A stretch of 64,000 bases of DNA from Octopus sinensis (taxonomy: Eukaryota), in contig NC_043001.1 of the NCBI RefSeq assembly GCF_006345805.1, positions 104,966,001 through 105,030,000 on the forward strand. The letters are read 5' to 3'. The translations under genes and the position numbers were made by a program. Below are positions 25,518 through 41,846 of the stretch, in pieces (within the stretch, counting starts at the first letter, position 1; each line of letters opens with the position of its first letter). A model generated the notes under the pieces. The model did no database searches. It was not told the DNA's origin and was given only the letters and a program-made list of their open reading frames with translations.

Positions 25518-25870
25518 TACTAAGCAATAAGGGTTTAGCAACGAATTGCCTTACCACATACCGAATTTAGAAATAGCAGTCAAAGGGTTATAGCTATTTC
25601 TTCTACTAAAAAGGGAGATCTCAGTAAAAACAGCAATTGGAAGGCTGACACAAACAGGTAAGAGAGAATGAATTAACTGCAATCTATCATACATTTTAAT
25701 GATAGATTGCAGTTAATTCATTCTCTCTTACCTGTTTGTGTCAGCCTTCCAATTGCTGTTTTACTGAGATCTCCCTTTTTAGTAGAAGAAATAGCTATAA
25801 CCCTTTGACTGCTATTTCTAAATTCGGTATGTGGTAAGGCAATTCGTTGCTAAACCCTTATTGCTTAGTA
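25518..25870. repeat. Long palindrome: ~173-bp arms, 8-nt spacer
   Basis: 25518-25690 is the reverse complement of 25699-25870 apart from one indel in an A/T run. Confidence 0.95.
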
Positions 25871-26020
25871 CTATATATTATATATATATATTTTATATAT
25901 AGAGGGCATTCTTATACATACATGCCACACGCTAAGAGGGACATTAGTCATTTCTACCAAAAATTTTACTAATCATACCCAATGCAATTTTTCAAAGCAA
26001 AACATTTAAAAAATGAATTT

Positions 26021-26082
26021 AGTCTTGTATCACCTGTGATTTCGTACTTACCGCAGTTGCGACCGTACTCATCAGCAAGACT
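26021..26082 (-). ncRNA. Type I hammerhead ribozyme (inverted copy)
   Basis: Exact reverse complement of 26357-26418. Confidence 0.88.
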
Positions 26083-26356
26083 GATTTTGAACATATCATA
26101 AATAAACGACCTGTACCGCCAAAGCCGAACAGCCATCTGTTCCACTCCAACGAAGCACATGGGGAAGTTTACATATAATACATCCGGTAAATGGCAGGCT
26201 TCTTCGAATTGCATTTCGGATAGGAAAAGTTTTTTCGGAATAAAATTATTTAACAATTAAGGATAACTTCTTAATAAGGAATCTTAACAAGAAATTATCA
26301 GGTAGATAGCGTGAAAAACCTCATAAGAGAAAAATTATTATGATATGTTCAGAATC

Positions 26357-26418
26357 AGTCTTGCTGATGAGTACGGTCGCAACTGCGGTAAGTACGAAAT
26401 CACAGGTGATACAAGACT
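26357..26418 (+). ncRNA. Type I hammerhead ribozyme
   Basis: Stem I AGUCUUG/CAAGACU (7 bp); CUGAUGA; stem II GUAC/GUAC with inner CGCA/UGCG; GAAA; stem III AUCA(CAGG)UGAU; AUA triplet, predicted cut after 26411. Confidence 0.9.
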
Positions 26419-26618
26419 AAATTCATTTTTTAAATGTCTTGCTTTGAAAAATTGCATTGGGTATGATTAGTAAAATTTTTGGTAGAAATGACTAATGTCC
26501 CTCTTAGCGTGTGGCATGTATGTATAAGAATGCCCTCTATATATAAATTAATATGTTCAATAAGAAAGAACTATTTTCGAAAATTTTTCTCTATGAGGTT
26601 TTTCACGCTATCTACCGA

Positions 26619-26718
26619 NNNNNNNNNNNNNNNNNNNNNNNNNNNNNNNNNNNNNNNNNNNNNNNNNNNNNNNNNNNNNNNNNNNNNNNNNNNNNNNNNN
26701 NNNNNNNNNNNNNNNNNN
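26619..26718. other. Assembly gap (100 N)
   Basis: N run. Confidence 1.
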
Positions 26719-26734
26719 ATATACATATAGATAT

Positions 26735-26895
<161 letters not shown>

Positions 26896-27551
26896 AATAT
26901 ACACACATACAGAGGGACAAAAAGGCATATAACTATATTGTATGTCGATGAAAACACTGAATGTGAAAATGAAAGTGAAAGTAAAAGAGAGAGAAAAGGG
27001 GAGAGAGAGAGAGAGGAGATAATAGTGAAACCGCTTTCTAAGACTAACTATTACGTATGTATAGTGAAAGCCAAATCATTTGCATATGATCACTTGTTAC
27101 ATTCCTTTATTAGTATAAATATAAACTTGTATAAATTCGTACCTGTACAGTTTCATAGACGAAAATATAACTTGCATACTGTCATTCATACTTCCATTCC
27201 CGTATACACATCAATAATATATGCGTACCTGTGTTTTTGTGTACGTACGTAGATGTGTAATTGAGGTTAATTTTTTGAAAGCAACCCTAAGCAAAATAAC
27301 AGAATATTTAGCTTTTGGAGGAGTGAATGCCGAGAGTGAATTTGTAGGGAATAGATTTAAATCGACTGATGGTTTACGTTTCGTTTGACGGCTCATTCAG
27401 CCAACATAATACAATGAACCGCTAGGGGACCGATTCGAAGTCCCAATATTCATACGATTTCTACTGTATATATATATATATATATATATATAGACAAACA
27501 TGCATCCATACATACCCACACATATATTTATATTATTATATGTATATATAA

Positions 27552-27589
<38 letters not shown>

Positions 27590-28035
27590 TATATATATAT
27601 ATATATAATGTTAAAGCTTTGTTATTATTTTCAGTTACGAGTTTACATCACAGTCAGATGAGTTACGCTATACGTTTTTAGAGTGCAAATCTATTTTTCC
27701 TAAACAATTATTTTGTTGATAGTGACTTCGAAGTTCCGTCTATTTACGACATCATCGGATATATAGATAGATTCATAGATTGAAAAATACATAGACAGAT
27801 AGACAGGTAGATACATAGATAGATAGGTAGGTGGGTAGATAGAAAGAAAAAGATAGATAAATAGAAAATGAATAGATTGATAGACAGACCGATAGATACA
27901 TATAGATATATAGTTAGATACATGAAGGTATATAACATGCTGCTATCATTTATAGTTTGAACACAGGCTCTTAGACCAAATCTCTTATTTGGTAATTATA
28001 TCTCCGAAATGTATACACTTATATATGAAAGTATA

Positions 28036-28086
<51 letters not shown>

Positions 28087-28354
28087 ACACACACACACAC
28101 CCCACACACACATATATATAATATATAATATATATATATATATATACTGGCGTCTAAAGAGTCTTTAGAATAAGAAATATCTTCAATGAAGGAGCGAATT
28201 ACTATAAAATTTCAAGGAGAAATCAGAGTATTACGAAATCGACAAATAAATAAATGAGTGCATAACCGAAAGTACGGTAACAACGGGAGATAAGTCACTA
28301 CGCTATGAGTGTGTGTACATAGGAAGCTCTCTCAAGGTGTATGTGTATATATAT

Positions 28355-28400
<46 letters not shown>

Positions 28401-28452
28401 CGTACATACATATATACATGTATCTATATACACACACATATACATACATACA

Positions 28453-28504
<52 letters not shown>

Positions 28505-30479
28505 AATCTATCTATATAATATTATATATATATATATATATAGTAGAGAGAGAGAGAGAGAGAGCGCGAAAGATAGAGATAGATATATATGTATGTATAT
28601 AAATATATGAATATATATGTATATATACAATTATATGTATATATATGTATATATGTATATATATATATATCCATCTATTTATCTATCTATACACATGTAT
28701 ACAATGCATACATATATATGTATCTTTCTCTTTCTCTCTCTCTCTCTATATATATATATATACGCTTATCAATTCGTTACACATCATGGTTGTATGCGCG
28801 CATATATACACAAACAAACAAACAAACTCACATATAACACTAATATATACGTGAGTGTGTGCATATGTATATATACATATATGAATATATACATATATAT
28901 ACACACACACATACACGCACACAATATATGTGGAAATACACTCATACATAAAATGATTTTCGTGTCACATGCATTCATTTTAGTCCGCACAAATATTAGT
29001 GCAGTAATATGCTTAGCTATATGTACATACCTATAGACAATCACAGCCCGAATATGTATGTATGTATATATATATTATATATATATATATATATATATGC
29101 ATACGCATACGGCGATATAAAAGCGTTTCTGGAAACATGCGTTCGCTCCCATGTAGGGAATGGAACTTGGCATGTGCCAAGACACACGTGCGTGGAAATA
29201 GTAGCAAAGAATGGCGACGGATAAATGAAAGAAAGGAGAAAAAATGTATGGAACTCCAGGAATATTCAGTAACATGCCCACTTACCATTCCAGAAATTCG
29301 GTGTTCATGTCCTGCTAGTTACAAATGGAATTTTGCTGTGGTGCTTCCATATCTCCTCCGAATATTTTCGTTTGTTCTCCTTTTCACTCACTTCCTTTTG
29401 TTTTTCTTTCGCTTTTTAATTTCCCTTTCTTTCTTTTTTTTTTCCTAATGGAATGTTTGGCACAGAGATGTATAAATTTCGATAATATGGGTATGCAGGT
29501 ATATATATGTATATATATATTTAGGTACCTATATATGTAAATAGATACGTATATATATGCGTGTATATATGTATGTATTTCGTTTTGTACTTATCTACGT
29601 ATAGATTGAAACAGACAGATAGACAGATAATTGATAGATTGGTAAATAGAATATGGACATATAGATGAATGATACGTTCTGAGGATATATATCTACATGT
29701 GTGTGTGTTGTATATATATATATATATATATACTTACAGAGATGATATATTAGAGAGATAGAAGAAGATAGAAGAACGAGAAAGATAGAGAGATATAGAA
29801 TCGGAAGCAGAAAGAAAAGTATACGTTTAAAATTTGAATATATATGTATTTCTATTATTGAAGGTGTGTTTAACCAAAATTATATATCAACAAAGATATA
29901 TATATTTATTTATTTAATGTCGATATAAGGCCAGTTGTATTCAGCATTATTTCTCTATAAATATCGTTACATATAGATTAAGATATAAACACTTATATGT
30001 TATGTTTATCTCTCTTTTTAGATATCGCTGCCTCTCTGGGAGATGGTCTTTGAATAATATATGTAGAGATATTTATCTAAGTTCGTTTACACACATATAT
30101 ATATGTGTATATATGCGTGCGTGTATTTCTATGTATGTACGTGTAGGCATGTTGATATATGCCCGTATTTATAAATGTTGGTATTTGTGTAAATATATGT
30201 TTCTGGGTGTCTTTGTGTTGTGTTGTTTGTGTGTGATTTTGGTTTTTTTTTTTGTAGTGGTTTACGTTATTATGTTTTGTTATGGTTTTTCTTTTCTTTT
30301 CATCTTTGATATTTTTTTCGTTTTTTTTTTGTTGTCTTTTTTGTCGAATTTCTTATTTTTTTCTTAAAAGACAACGTAATTGAAGTCGTGTATTTTTGTT
30401 TGTGTAAGGCCGCCGCCAGTTGGAAATACGACGGCGGTTGGTGTTGTAAATAACTGGTTCGCGATGCTGGATTTTCGAC

Positions 30480-33400
<2,921 letters not shown>

Positions 33401-33401
33401 T

Positions 33402-33825
33402 TCAGTAGTTTTATTTTTATAGCGTGCTTTCACTTCACTACCGAGCGCAGCTCTGTGTGCCTTGGGTATGTGCTGTGATTTGTTGTGATGCTCTGATGGT
33501 TATTGTATGGAAAGTGCTCTGCGTAGGATGTGTGCAGTGCCTAGTAGTGCAATTTTCTGTATGATATATGTGTTTGTAAGTCCTGGTGTTTTTGTATGTA
33601 TTTGTCTGAATATTTTTTTATCATGCCTAATGCACCTACTATGATAGGAATTGTTTCTGTTTTCAGATTCCACATTCTAGTTACCTCTATTTCCAGGTCT
33701 TTGTATTTTGAGAGTTTCTCCATTTCTTTTAGAGACACGTTGTCATCTGCCGGTATTGATACATCAATTAGAAAGCATTTTTTTTCTTCATGATCTCTGA
33801 CAACTATATCTGGTCTGTTGGCCTT
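33402..33825 (-). mobile_element. RLE-type LINE family 1, 3' end, between (ATT)n arrays
   Basis: Near-identical to 1395-1815; ORF 33541-33738 KYKDLEIEVTRMWNLKTETIPIIVGALG. Confidence 0.9.
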
Positions 33826-33829
33826 ATTA

Positions 33830-33887
<58 letters not shown>

Positions 33888-34224
33888 ACTTTCATCACCA
33901 TCACCGATTTTGCATTTCATCCTTTCGAGTTGATAAGTACCAGCTGAATACTGGAGTCGATGTAATCGAATCATCCCTTCCCACCACAGTTTCAGAGTCG
34001 TCGTCCTCTTCTTCTCTTCTTCTTCTTCTTCTTCTTCTTCTTCTTCTTCTTCTTCTTCTTCTTCTTTCTTCTTCTTCTTCTTCTTCTTCTCTTCTTCTCT
34101 CTTCTTCTTCTTCCTCCCTCCTCCCTCCTCCTCCTCCTCCTCCTCCTCCCCCTTCTTGACTTCATTCAGCTTCGTTCTTATTCCCGATAGGATTTATGTG
34201 AGTAAAAGGTTACTTCCCCATCAT

Positions 34225-34570
34225 CTTAGCCATCCTCTACCTTCGAATAGTCTCCGAAGCACTTAAGACCCTCGTGATAATCTTTCCTGTCCCTAAGAAG
34301 CAAACCTTCTCCAGAAGCTCTACAAGACATTCCATTCCAATCTCCTTCAACCATTTCTCTCTGTCTTTACTCACAATTCCCAATGCACCAATTATTACAG
34401 GCACGACTTTTACACTTTCCATATTCCAAATTCTTGCAATTTAAAATTTTAAGGGATTGTATTCATTTTTGTTTTTTTCTTTTGATTTTCGTCTTTTTTC
34501 TTTACGATCCTGGAATCGAATGGACAGGATGGATAAGATCATTTTTTCTTGTCTATCATTGTTTATGTCT
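34225..34570 (-). mobile_element. RLE-type LINE family 3, 3' fragment
   Basis: ORF 34237-34422 VKVVPVIIGALG..LEKVCFLGTGKII; homologous to 35340-35660. Confidence 0.8.
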
Positions 34571-34573
34571 TGC

Positions 34574-34615
<42 letters not shown>

Positions 34616-34651
34616 TATTATTATTATTATATTATTATTATTATTATTATT

Positions 34652-35012
34652 GAGTGAGAGAATAGTGCATGCCATCAAAGTGACACTGGGGTAAAATATA
34701 CGAAGCCCAGTATACCCATCATGACTTCCCGTCTGATAAGGGTACACTAGGCACATGCATCACAACCATATGTGCGCAACATGATGCTCCCCACTACTTC
34801 TGCTCGTGATCAGAGATGCACATCTCGTCAGCCACTAAGGGATATGGTCAACTGGTTAAGGTCAAGCAACTGACAAGCAAATCTGTGGTACTGAGCAGAA
34901 TATTTGCTGCAGCCCATCTTTTATACCAAGACAAAACAATGTACATGATAACACTTCAAATCAGTTAAGATCAGAAGCTATGAGAGCCACTGCCTGGGAC
35001 TGCTTCAGGGCA
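34652..35012. mobile_element. Internally deleted copy of the 824-1378 repeat, ATT-flanked
   Basis: Colinear with 824-1378 except for a ~190-bp deletion. Confidence 0.85.
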
Positions 35013-35052
35013 TTTATTATTATTATTATTATTATTATTATATTATTATTGT

Positions 35053-35088
<36 letters not shown>

Positions 35089-35096
35089 TGTTGTTG

Positions 35097-35137
<41 letters not shown>

Positions 35138-35168
35138 GTTGCTGTTGTTGTTGTTGTTATTATTATTA

Positions 35169-35250
<82 letters not shown>

Positions 35251-35299
35251 TGATTTGACGCAGGTTTGATCTTATTCCTGACAGAATTCATGTGGGTAG

Positions 35300-35905
35300 C
35301 GGGTTGCCACCTACAAACTCAGGTATCTACAATTTTTCAGTAGTCTTTCAACTGCTTAAATCCCCACCTGATAATCTTTGTGGTCCCTAAAAGGTAATCT
35401 TTCTGGTCCCTAAAAGGTAATCTTTCTGAAGAATCTCGACAGGGCATTTCATTTCAATCTCCTTCAACTTCTTGTCGATATCTTTGCTTACCGTTCCTAA
35501 TTTTCATTTTCTAAATTCTTGCATTTTCAAATTTTAAGGGATTCATTTTTGTTTTTCTTGTTTTTCGTCTTCATTCTTTACGATCCTGGAATCGGACGGA
35601 CATGATGGATAAATTAGTAGACAACTTCGCTTTTTTCTTGTTTATCTTTGTATTGTCTGACATATTATTTTCTAGTTTCTTCTCTGTTTGAATAGGAAAG
35701 TCCCAGAGAATCTTGCAATTTTCCGACTCCAGCACTCTTTCGAACTGATATTCATACCATGTATCTCCAGCTTCAAATCTATTTCTGGCAAAACATCCAA
35801 TGTCAAACATTTACAACTTGGTTATGCCCTTATTTCTTATATTCTTCCTGTGCCAACTTCGGACGTTCTGCAACAATGTGTGCCACAGTCTCGTTCCAAC
35901 TCCCC
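35300..35905 (-). mobile_element. RLE-type LINE family 3, decayed fragment
   Basis: ETVAHIVAE.P.LAQEEYK, ENCKILWDFPIQTEKK remnants with stops and frameshifts. Confidence 0.8.
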
Positions 35906-35944
35906 ATAAACGTTTTTCCTCAAGTTGTTTGTTTTTATCCCTTT

Positions 35945-36070
35945 GTCCTCGGCTACCAAATCCACTCACAAGGCTTTGGTCGGCTTAGAAGTATAATTGA
36001 AAATACTCTCCGAAGGTGCTACACAGTGTGACTGAACTTGTTTTGAAAGCAAACTTCTTACCACACAGCT
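35945..36070 (-). mobile_element. SINE family B 5' head fragment
   Basis: CCAAATCCACTCACAAGGCTTTGGTCGGC..TTCTTACCACACAGC. Confidence 0.8.
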
Positions 36071-36269
36071 ATGCCGGCACCTAAGCCACGCCTGCACCTA
36101 GATCACACCGGCACCTAGACCACGCTGGCACCTAAGCCACGCCGGTACCTAGGCCACGCTGGCACTTAGGCCACACCGGCCCAATAAGCCACGCCGGCAT
36201 CTAGGCCACGCCGGCACCTAAGCCACGCCGGCACTTAGGCCACGCCGACACCTAGGCTACGCCTGTACC
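36068..36269. repeat. 17-bp minisatellite (GCCACGCCGGCACCTA[A/G]) x~12
   Basis: Twelve consecutive units counted by eye. Confidence 0.9.
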
Positions 36270-37319
36270 ATTTTCTAGAAGCTTTCAGTCTCTTGCTTAA
36301 CTTCACTTTGTTTTTGTATTCACTTTGTTTTTGTATTCGTTTCTCCTTTCCTATAATCTCGAACGATTTCTCCTCCCCCTTAAGTGTTTGCCGTCTTTCC
36401 ATCACTGAAATCGACGGACGGTAAAGCAGCTCGAAACCTTTGGCGGTTCCTGCGCTGGAGGAAGCGGAGACACGAGTCCTCAGTTACCGTAGGTTCCTCA
36501 TGTTGATGGTAAAATGGACGAGACGGTTTTGTCTACTTTCATTCAAGCTATTCCCGGAGCTAGGGCCGGTCGAACTCTGAAGAGATCGGTTGTTGCTTTT
36601 ACTGCTACGGTTTCTACTACCATCGGCCTTCCCTTAAAAATCTTTCCCTTCTTCTGGACAGGTATCTCTCAAGTGTTCTTTACCATTACACGTTAAGCGA
36701 ATGAACCTTCTGCCTGCATCGTCAACCTCAGTTCCTACTTCCTTCTCATTCAAAGATATGCACCTCGATTATAATTATGTAGCGTTCGAGGACCATTAAG
36801 ACATTGATGTCTGTCCAGGCCACACCTGGCTATATGGTGCTGCGGGTATTCACCATAGGCTCTATCTACCCGTATTGGACCGCAAACACAGCGACAAGCC
36901 AAGCGCTAAATTAAGTATTATTAAGTCTGTCCATATTCCCGTTTATGGTTTTCTTTTTGTTTTTTTAAGGGTTTCTCTCATTAGACTACCCTGAAGAAGT
37001 TTTCCTCGAATGAATCGACCCCTAGTAGTTAGCTTATGGTAAGGCATGGCACTTATTCTGCTAGTCTCTTTTGCCGAACCGCTCAGTAACAGGGACTTCA
37101 ATACACCGACCTCAAGCCGTGGTAGGGAATAAACACAGATCAATGGCAGACAGAGACACACAGACACAGAGACACACAGACACATACACACATACTCACA
37201 CAATCATACTCCCCCCCATACAAATGCACCTACACACACGCACGCACACGCATACACCCATATTTTGCACTCAAACAAGCGCCAAATCTGTCGGAACTCT
37301 GCGTAAATTAAGGAATTCG

Positions 37320-37880
37320 TGAACAAGAGGAAGAACAAGAGGAAGAGGAAGGAGAAGCGGAAGAAGATGAAGATGAGGAAGAGGAAGGAGAAGAAGAAAA
37401 AGAATCAAAAGACAATGAAGAAGAAGAGGACGAAGAAGAAGAAGAGGAAGGAGAAGAAGAAAAAGAAGACGAAGAAGAAGAAGAGGAAGGAGAAGAAGAA
37501 AAAGAATAAGAAGACGAGGAAGAAGAAGAGGAAGGAGAAGAAGAAAAAGAATAAGAAGACGAGGAAGGAGAAGAGGAAAAAGAATAAAGAGACGAGGAAG
37601 AAGAGGAAAAATAATAAGGAGAAGACGAGGAAGAAGAAAAGGAAGTAGAAGAGGAAGGAGAAGACGAGGAAGAAGAGGAAAAAGAATAAGGAGAAGATGA
37701 GGAAGAAGAGGGAGGAGAGGAAGAAGAAGAGGAAGAAGAGGAGGAAGAAGAGGAGGAAGAAGAGGAGGAAGAAGAGGAGGAAGAAGAGGAGGAAGAAGAG
37801 GAAAAAGAAGAATATGATGTTAGAGAGGAGCACAAAAAAGAGGAGGAGGGTAGGAAAAGAAGATGATGAAAAAGAAGATT
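37320..37880. repeat. GAA/GAG polypurine tract with a ~45-bp higher-order unit
   Basis: Recurrent GAAGACGAGGAAGAAGAAGAGGAAGGAGAAGAAGAAAAAGAATAA; TAA stops in the Glu frame. Confidence 0.9.
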
Positions 37881-40231
37881 TTTACTGATTTCTGATATTT
37901 GTACGCTCATACTCCCAAAAGTGGAATATCCAAGAGAATTCGCAAAGGCTCTTTAAATTTCCCTGGCAATCATAAAATCGTGACTAAGAAGAACAATTAT
38001 ATAGAATTCAAAGAATGGCCATTTTAGCATAATTATAAATTACAACCAAAAATATCTGAACGGGTGAATCGGTCGACACACTTCACTCATATATTTTATT
38101 GTTTCCAGATTAATAATTGTTGAAGTGAACTCCAGTGGGATTTAATTTCAGAATATCTAGATCCGTATCTAAATAGCTCAAGGCCTTGTCTTCTCTGCAC
38201 TCCTCTTTCTGCAGTCAGACGCCCTGTTTTGAAATAATAAAGAAATGCGATATTGTTTATTATTCATAAGGTTTTGGATTCTTTAGGGAGTTAAGAGACC
38301 GGCTTAAGAGGACCGGCCATTTGTTTCGTTCATTGTATCCGCTCCTATTAATAAAGATTTGTAACCTGGGAATAAGGACATCGGTTTTGGAGGGAGAGAA
38401 GCTTTCAATTAGATCCAGTTACTTTCAAACTATCAACGCCAAACTCTTCTACATTATTTGGCAAATATTTTAGCCGTTCCGCCAACTTTAACAATAACAA
38501 AAGCAAAGTAGAGTTTCTATCCCTACGCCATGTTTGAAACGACCTGAATTCTGTTTAACACGTCGATCTGTTCGCTTCTCGTTTCTAATCTCATATCGAC
38601 TTCAGTATTCAGCCGGTGTTTCTTCCATTGATCTCGGAAGGATTAAAGGTGAAACCAAATGTGAAAGGGACGTAAGTAAGCATTCTAAGAATTCCTTTAT
38701 GGCATCTTAAATTTGTAATTTGGTGAGGAGTGAGGGATTCATCGTTTCTGACTAATGTACTTCATCTTTGAAGGATGAAATGAAGGAGATGTTTTTACCT
38801 GGCTGTGGTAAATTTGTCTGACAAAGAAAATGTAGTGTAGATGTGCATCAAAGAAGACTAAAAGATGGAGAAAAATTGTTGATGGAGGTCGAAGTTACGA
38901 GCATGCTGGAGTCAGAGCTAAAAAGGAAAGTTTGAAGCTAAATCCCTCGGACCAGGCAGGTAGAAAAAGTGGTTTGCAGACGAGAAGAAATGGCGGAGAG
39001 TGGGATACAAAGCGTTAACGGACAATACACACAAAAAGCTGTTTGGCTTATTCTCTTTAGGTTTTATGAGTGAGACAGTCTCCATCATAATTAGCTGGTT
39101 CAAGACATTAATAATTAAAATATTGTATCGTATTTAATCCATGTACTTCGTAGGGATTAGGAAAGTGAAGATTAAAATGTCATTATGTTCCAATCACATA
39201 TAAGCATTTCAGACTTAACTGAATATCTTCAGAGTCTTGCCGAATTATAAATCGCTTTAGAGAATTTAGGTGGAGAGATAAGGCCTTGGAGACAGAGAAT
39301 AAGGATGACAGGAAAACAGAAAGACAGATTTAGGAGTGAAGGAAAGTGTAGGAAAACTGGATTATTTGTCATAAGAAGCAAGATGGACACAGTTCTTCAA
39401 ATCGAAGGAAAATGTTGAACGCTCTTATATTCTAATCACCTCTAAAATCAAAAGATAAGCAGAGTGTGTGTGTAAAAGAGAGAAAAAGAAAGATAGAGAA
39501 AGAGGGAGAAAGAAAAGAAAAGAGAGAGAAAACGAGAGAGAGAGAGAGAGGAAATGAGTGAGTTAGAAGGAGTGTGCGTGTTGAATGTTACTTTTCGTAG
39601 CTAAAATCTCATTGAAATGTTTAGGGACATTTTATCATCTGCATTCAAAACGCTTTTTTTTTCTTAATGGCAGTAATTACGATAAGGGTTAGAACGAAAA
39701 CTAAAAAGAAAAATATATGGTCTGTAAATAGTTTAACTATTTAGATACAAGTACAGAAAACCCTATCTTTACTGAAGTAATGCGTTCATGAAAAGATGAC
39801 CGTAACGCAAAACTCTGTAATGCAAAATTAATTTTCCTATTGATTTTTATATTATCAAGTGGGATTGCATTCCTACAGACATTTTCGGGAAGGAAAAAAA
39901 GCGGGGAAAGAAAATGCACAACAAAACAACGGAGAAAAAGCAATCGGATCGCCTCCATACATGAAAATAACTATTTCTAAGCATGCACGATACAATCTCG
40001 TAGGTAAAAACGAGGGAATTAATAACAATCATAATATCGTTAGAATTCGTTCTCGCCTTAAAAGATGCTGACTACTATATGAGGGGCGGCGGTGGAATGA
40101 GTGTTACTAGAAGGATGGAGGACAACACTTACAACGTTACACTTCATTATCACGAGCATCAGCTCGAAATATGAAGAACCAATCCAAAGTCAATTTGTTA
40201 TGACGTATCATCTCTTTGTACAGTTCAGTGT

Positions 40232-40430
40232 GGAGGCGCAATGGCCCAGTGGTTAGGGCAGCGGACATGCGGTGGTAGGATCGCGGTTTCGATTCCAAGA
40301 CCCGGTGTTGCGGTTGTTTATTGACCCCAAAAATCCTAAAACTTCACGAGGCTCGGGCGGGGGTTGTCGAACCCTGCTGTACTCTTTCATCACAACTTTC
40401 TCTCACTCTTTCTTCTTGTTTCTGTTGTAC
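40232..40430 (+). mobile_element. SINE family D (tRNA-Arg-like head), 3'-truncated
   Basis: GGAGGCGCAATGGCCCAGTGGTTAG (A-box) ..GTTTCGATTCC (B-box); homologous to 56396-56756. Confidence 0.85.
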
Positions 40431-40663
40431 ATTTACTTGAAAGTCTTCGAAGACAGTTGCTCCCAGAAGTAGCAACATAAAATTTGGGATGTATGGAGGG
40501 TCAAAGCTGGGGACAAAAACAGGAGAGTGGCGACACGCACACACACATATATATATATATATATAAATATATATTTATATCTATATATATATATGTATGC
40601 ATACACACACACAAATATATATATATATATATATATATATGTTTGTGTGTGTGGTGTGCCTAC

Positions 40664-40726
<63 letters not shown>

Positions 40727-40899
40727 CATACATACACACATATATATACACACACACCACACACTATATATATTATTATATATATATATATATATATATA
40801 TAACGGGAAGCTTTATGAAAATAAACAAAAGACGAAGGCAGGTGGAGTACAAACAAACAATTGTATTAGTATGGCGCTCAGGAATATAAATAAAACAAG

Positions 40900-40937
40900 T
40901 CTTTTACGTTTCGAGCCTACGCTCTTCAACAGAAAGA
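40900..40937 (-). ncRNA. Minimal type I hammerhead, core variant CUGUUGA
   Basis: UCUUU-CUGUUGA-A-GAGC(GUAG)GCUC-GAAA-CGUA/AAAGA: 5-bp stem I, 4-bp stem II, ACGU stem III, GUA triplet; A6 replaced by U. Confidence 0.7.
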
Positions 40938-41846
40938 TACACAGAAAAGAAACACGGAGAGAAAAAAAAATGCGTGCAGAAGCTAGTGATTCAACATGGC
41001 GACTCTGGCCAGAAGTCAGAGACCAAACGTGAGACGCAAGAGCGAAAATAGGGGAGATAACAGGGTCAAATGACTTCGCCCCAACATAAGGGTGCGTGTG
41101 TGTATGAGAGAGTATGTGGTGCGTATGAAAGGTCTGGACGTGTGTATGTATGTATGTATGATGTGATGTGTAATGTCGTATGGTGTAGTGTAGAGAGGGG
41201 AGATGAGGGGGAGAGTGAGATAGAGAGTGGAGGAGGAGGGAGACGAGGGGGAGGAGGAGGGAGGAGAGGGGGCGGAGAGGAGATGAGGGGAGAGGGGAGG
41301 AGATATGAGGGGCGAGGTGAGAGGGGTTGAGATGGGAAGAGGGGGGAGAAGGAGAGAGAAGGGAGGAGGGAGAAGAGGAAAGGTGAGAGTGAGGGGTGGT
41401 TGAGAGACTGAGAAGGTGAGAGGGTGAAAAAGGGGTGAGAAGGAAAGAAGGAGTGGGTAAGGTGAGATGAGATGAGGGGGGTGAGAAGGGGGGTCGAGAA
41501 GGAAGGAAGGAGGGGGGTAAGGGTGAGATGAGATGAGGGGGTGAGAAGGGGGAAGAAGGAAAGAGGAGAGGAGGGGGGAAAGGGGAGAAGGAAGGAGAGG
41601 AGAAGAGGAGGAGAGAGGAAGGGGAGAAGGAAGGAGAGGAGAAGAGGAGGGGGAGTGGGATAGGAGGGGAGAGGAGGAGGAGGAGGATAGGGGGAGAGAG
41701 AAGGGGAGTGAGGGAGCAGAGAGAAAGAGAGAAGGGGAAGAGGGAAGAAGAAAGAGGAAAGAAGAGGAGGGAAGAAGGGAAGAGGAGGGAAAGAGAATAG
41801 GGGTGAAAAGATGAAGGACAGAAGAGAAGCAGGAGTCGGGGGGAGG

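Larger units (their letters stand above)
25892..26547. repeat. 210-bp inverted repeat pair (25892-26101 / 26338-26547), each arm with a hammerhead
   Basis: Arms are reverse complements with two substitutions seen. Confidence 0.95.

Noticed and set aside
27370-27410. CTGAATGA..GAAACGTA on the minus strand
   Set aside because: Extra base in the core and unpaired stems.
36068-36269. CRISPR-like array (also 10025-10119)
   Set aside because: Contiguous units without unique spacers, eukaryotic context, no cas genes.
40232-40305. tRNA gene (also 56396-56465)
   Set aside because: A/B boxes are present but the acceptor stem is missing and the sequence continues into a SINE body.
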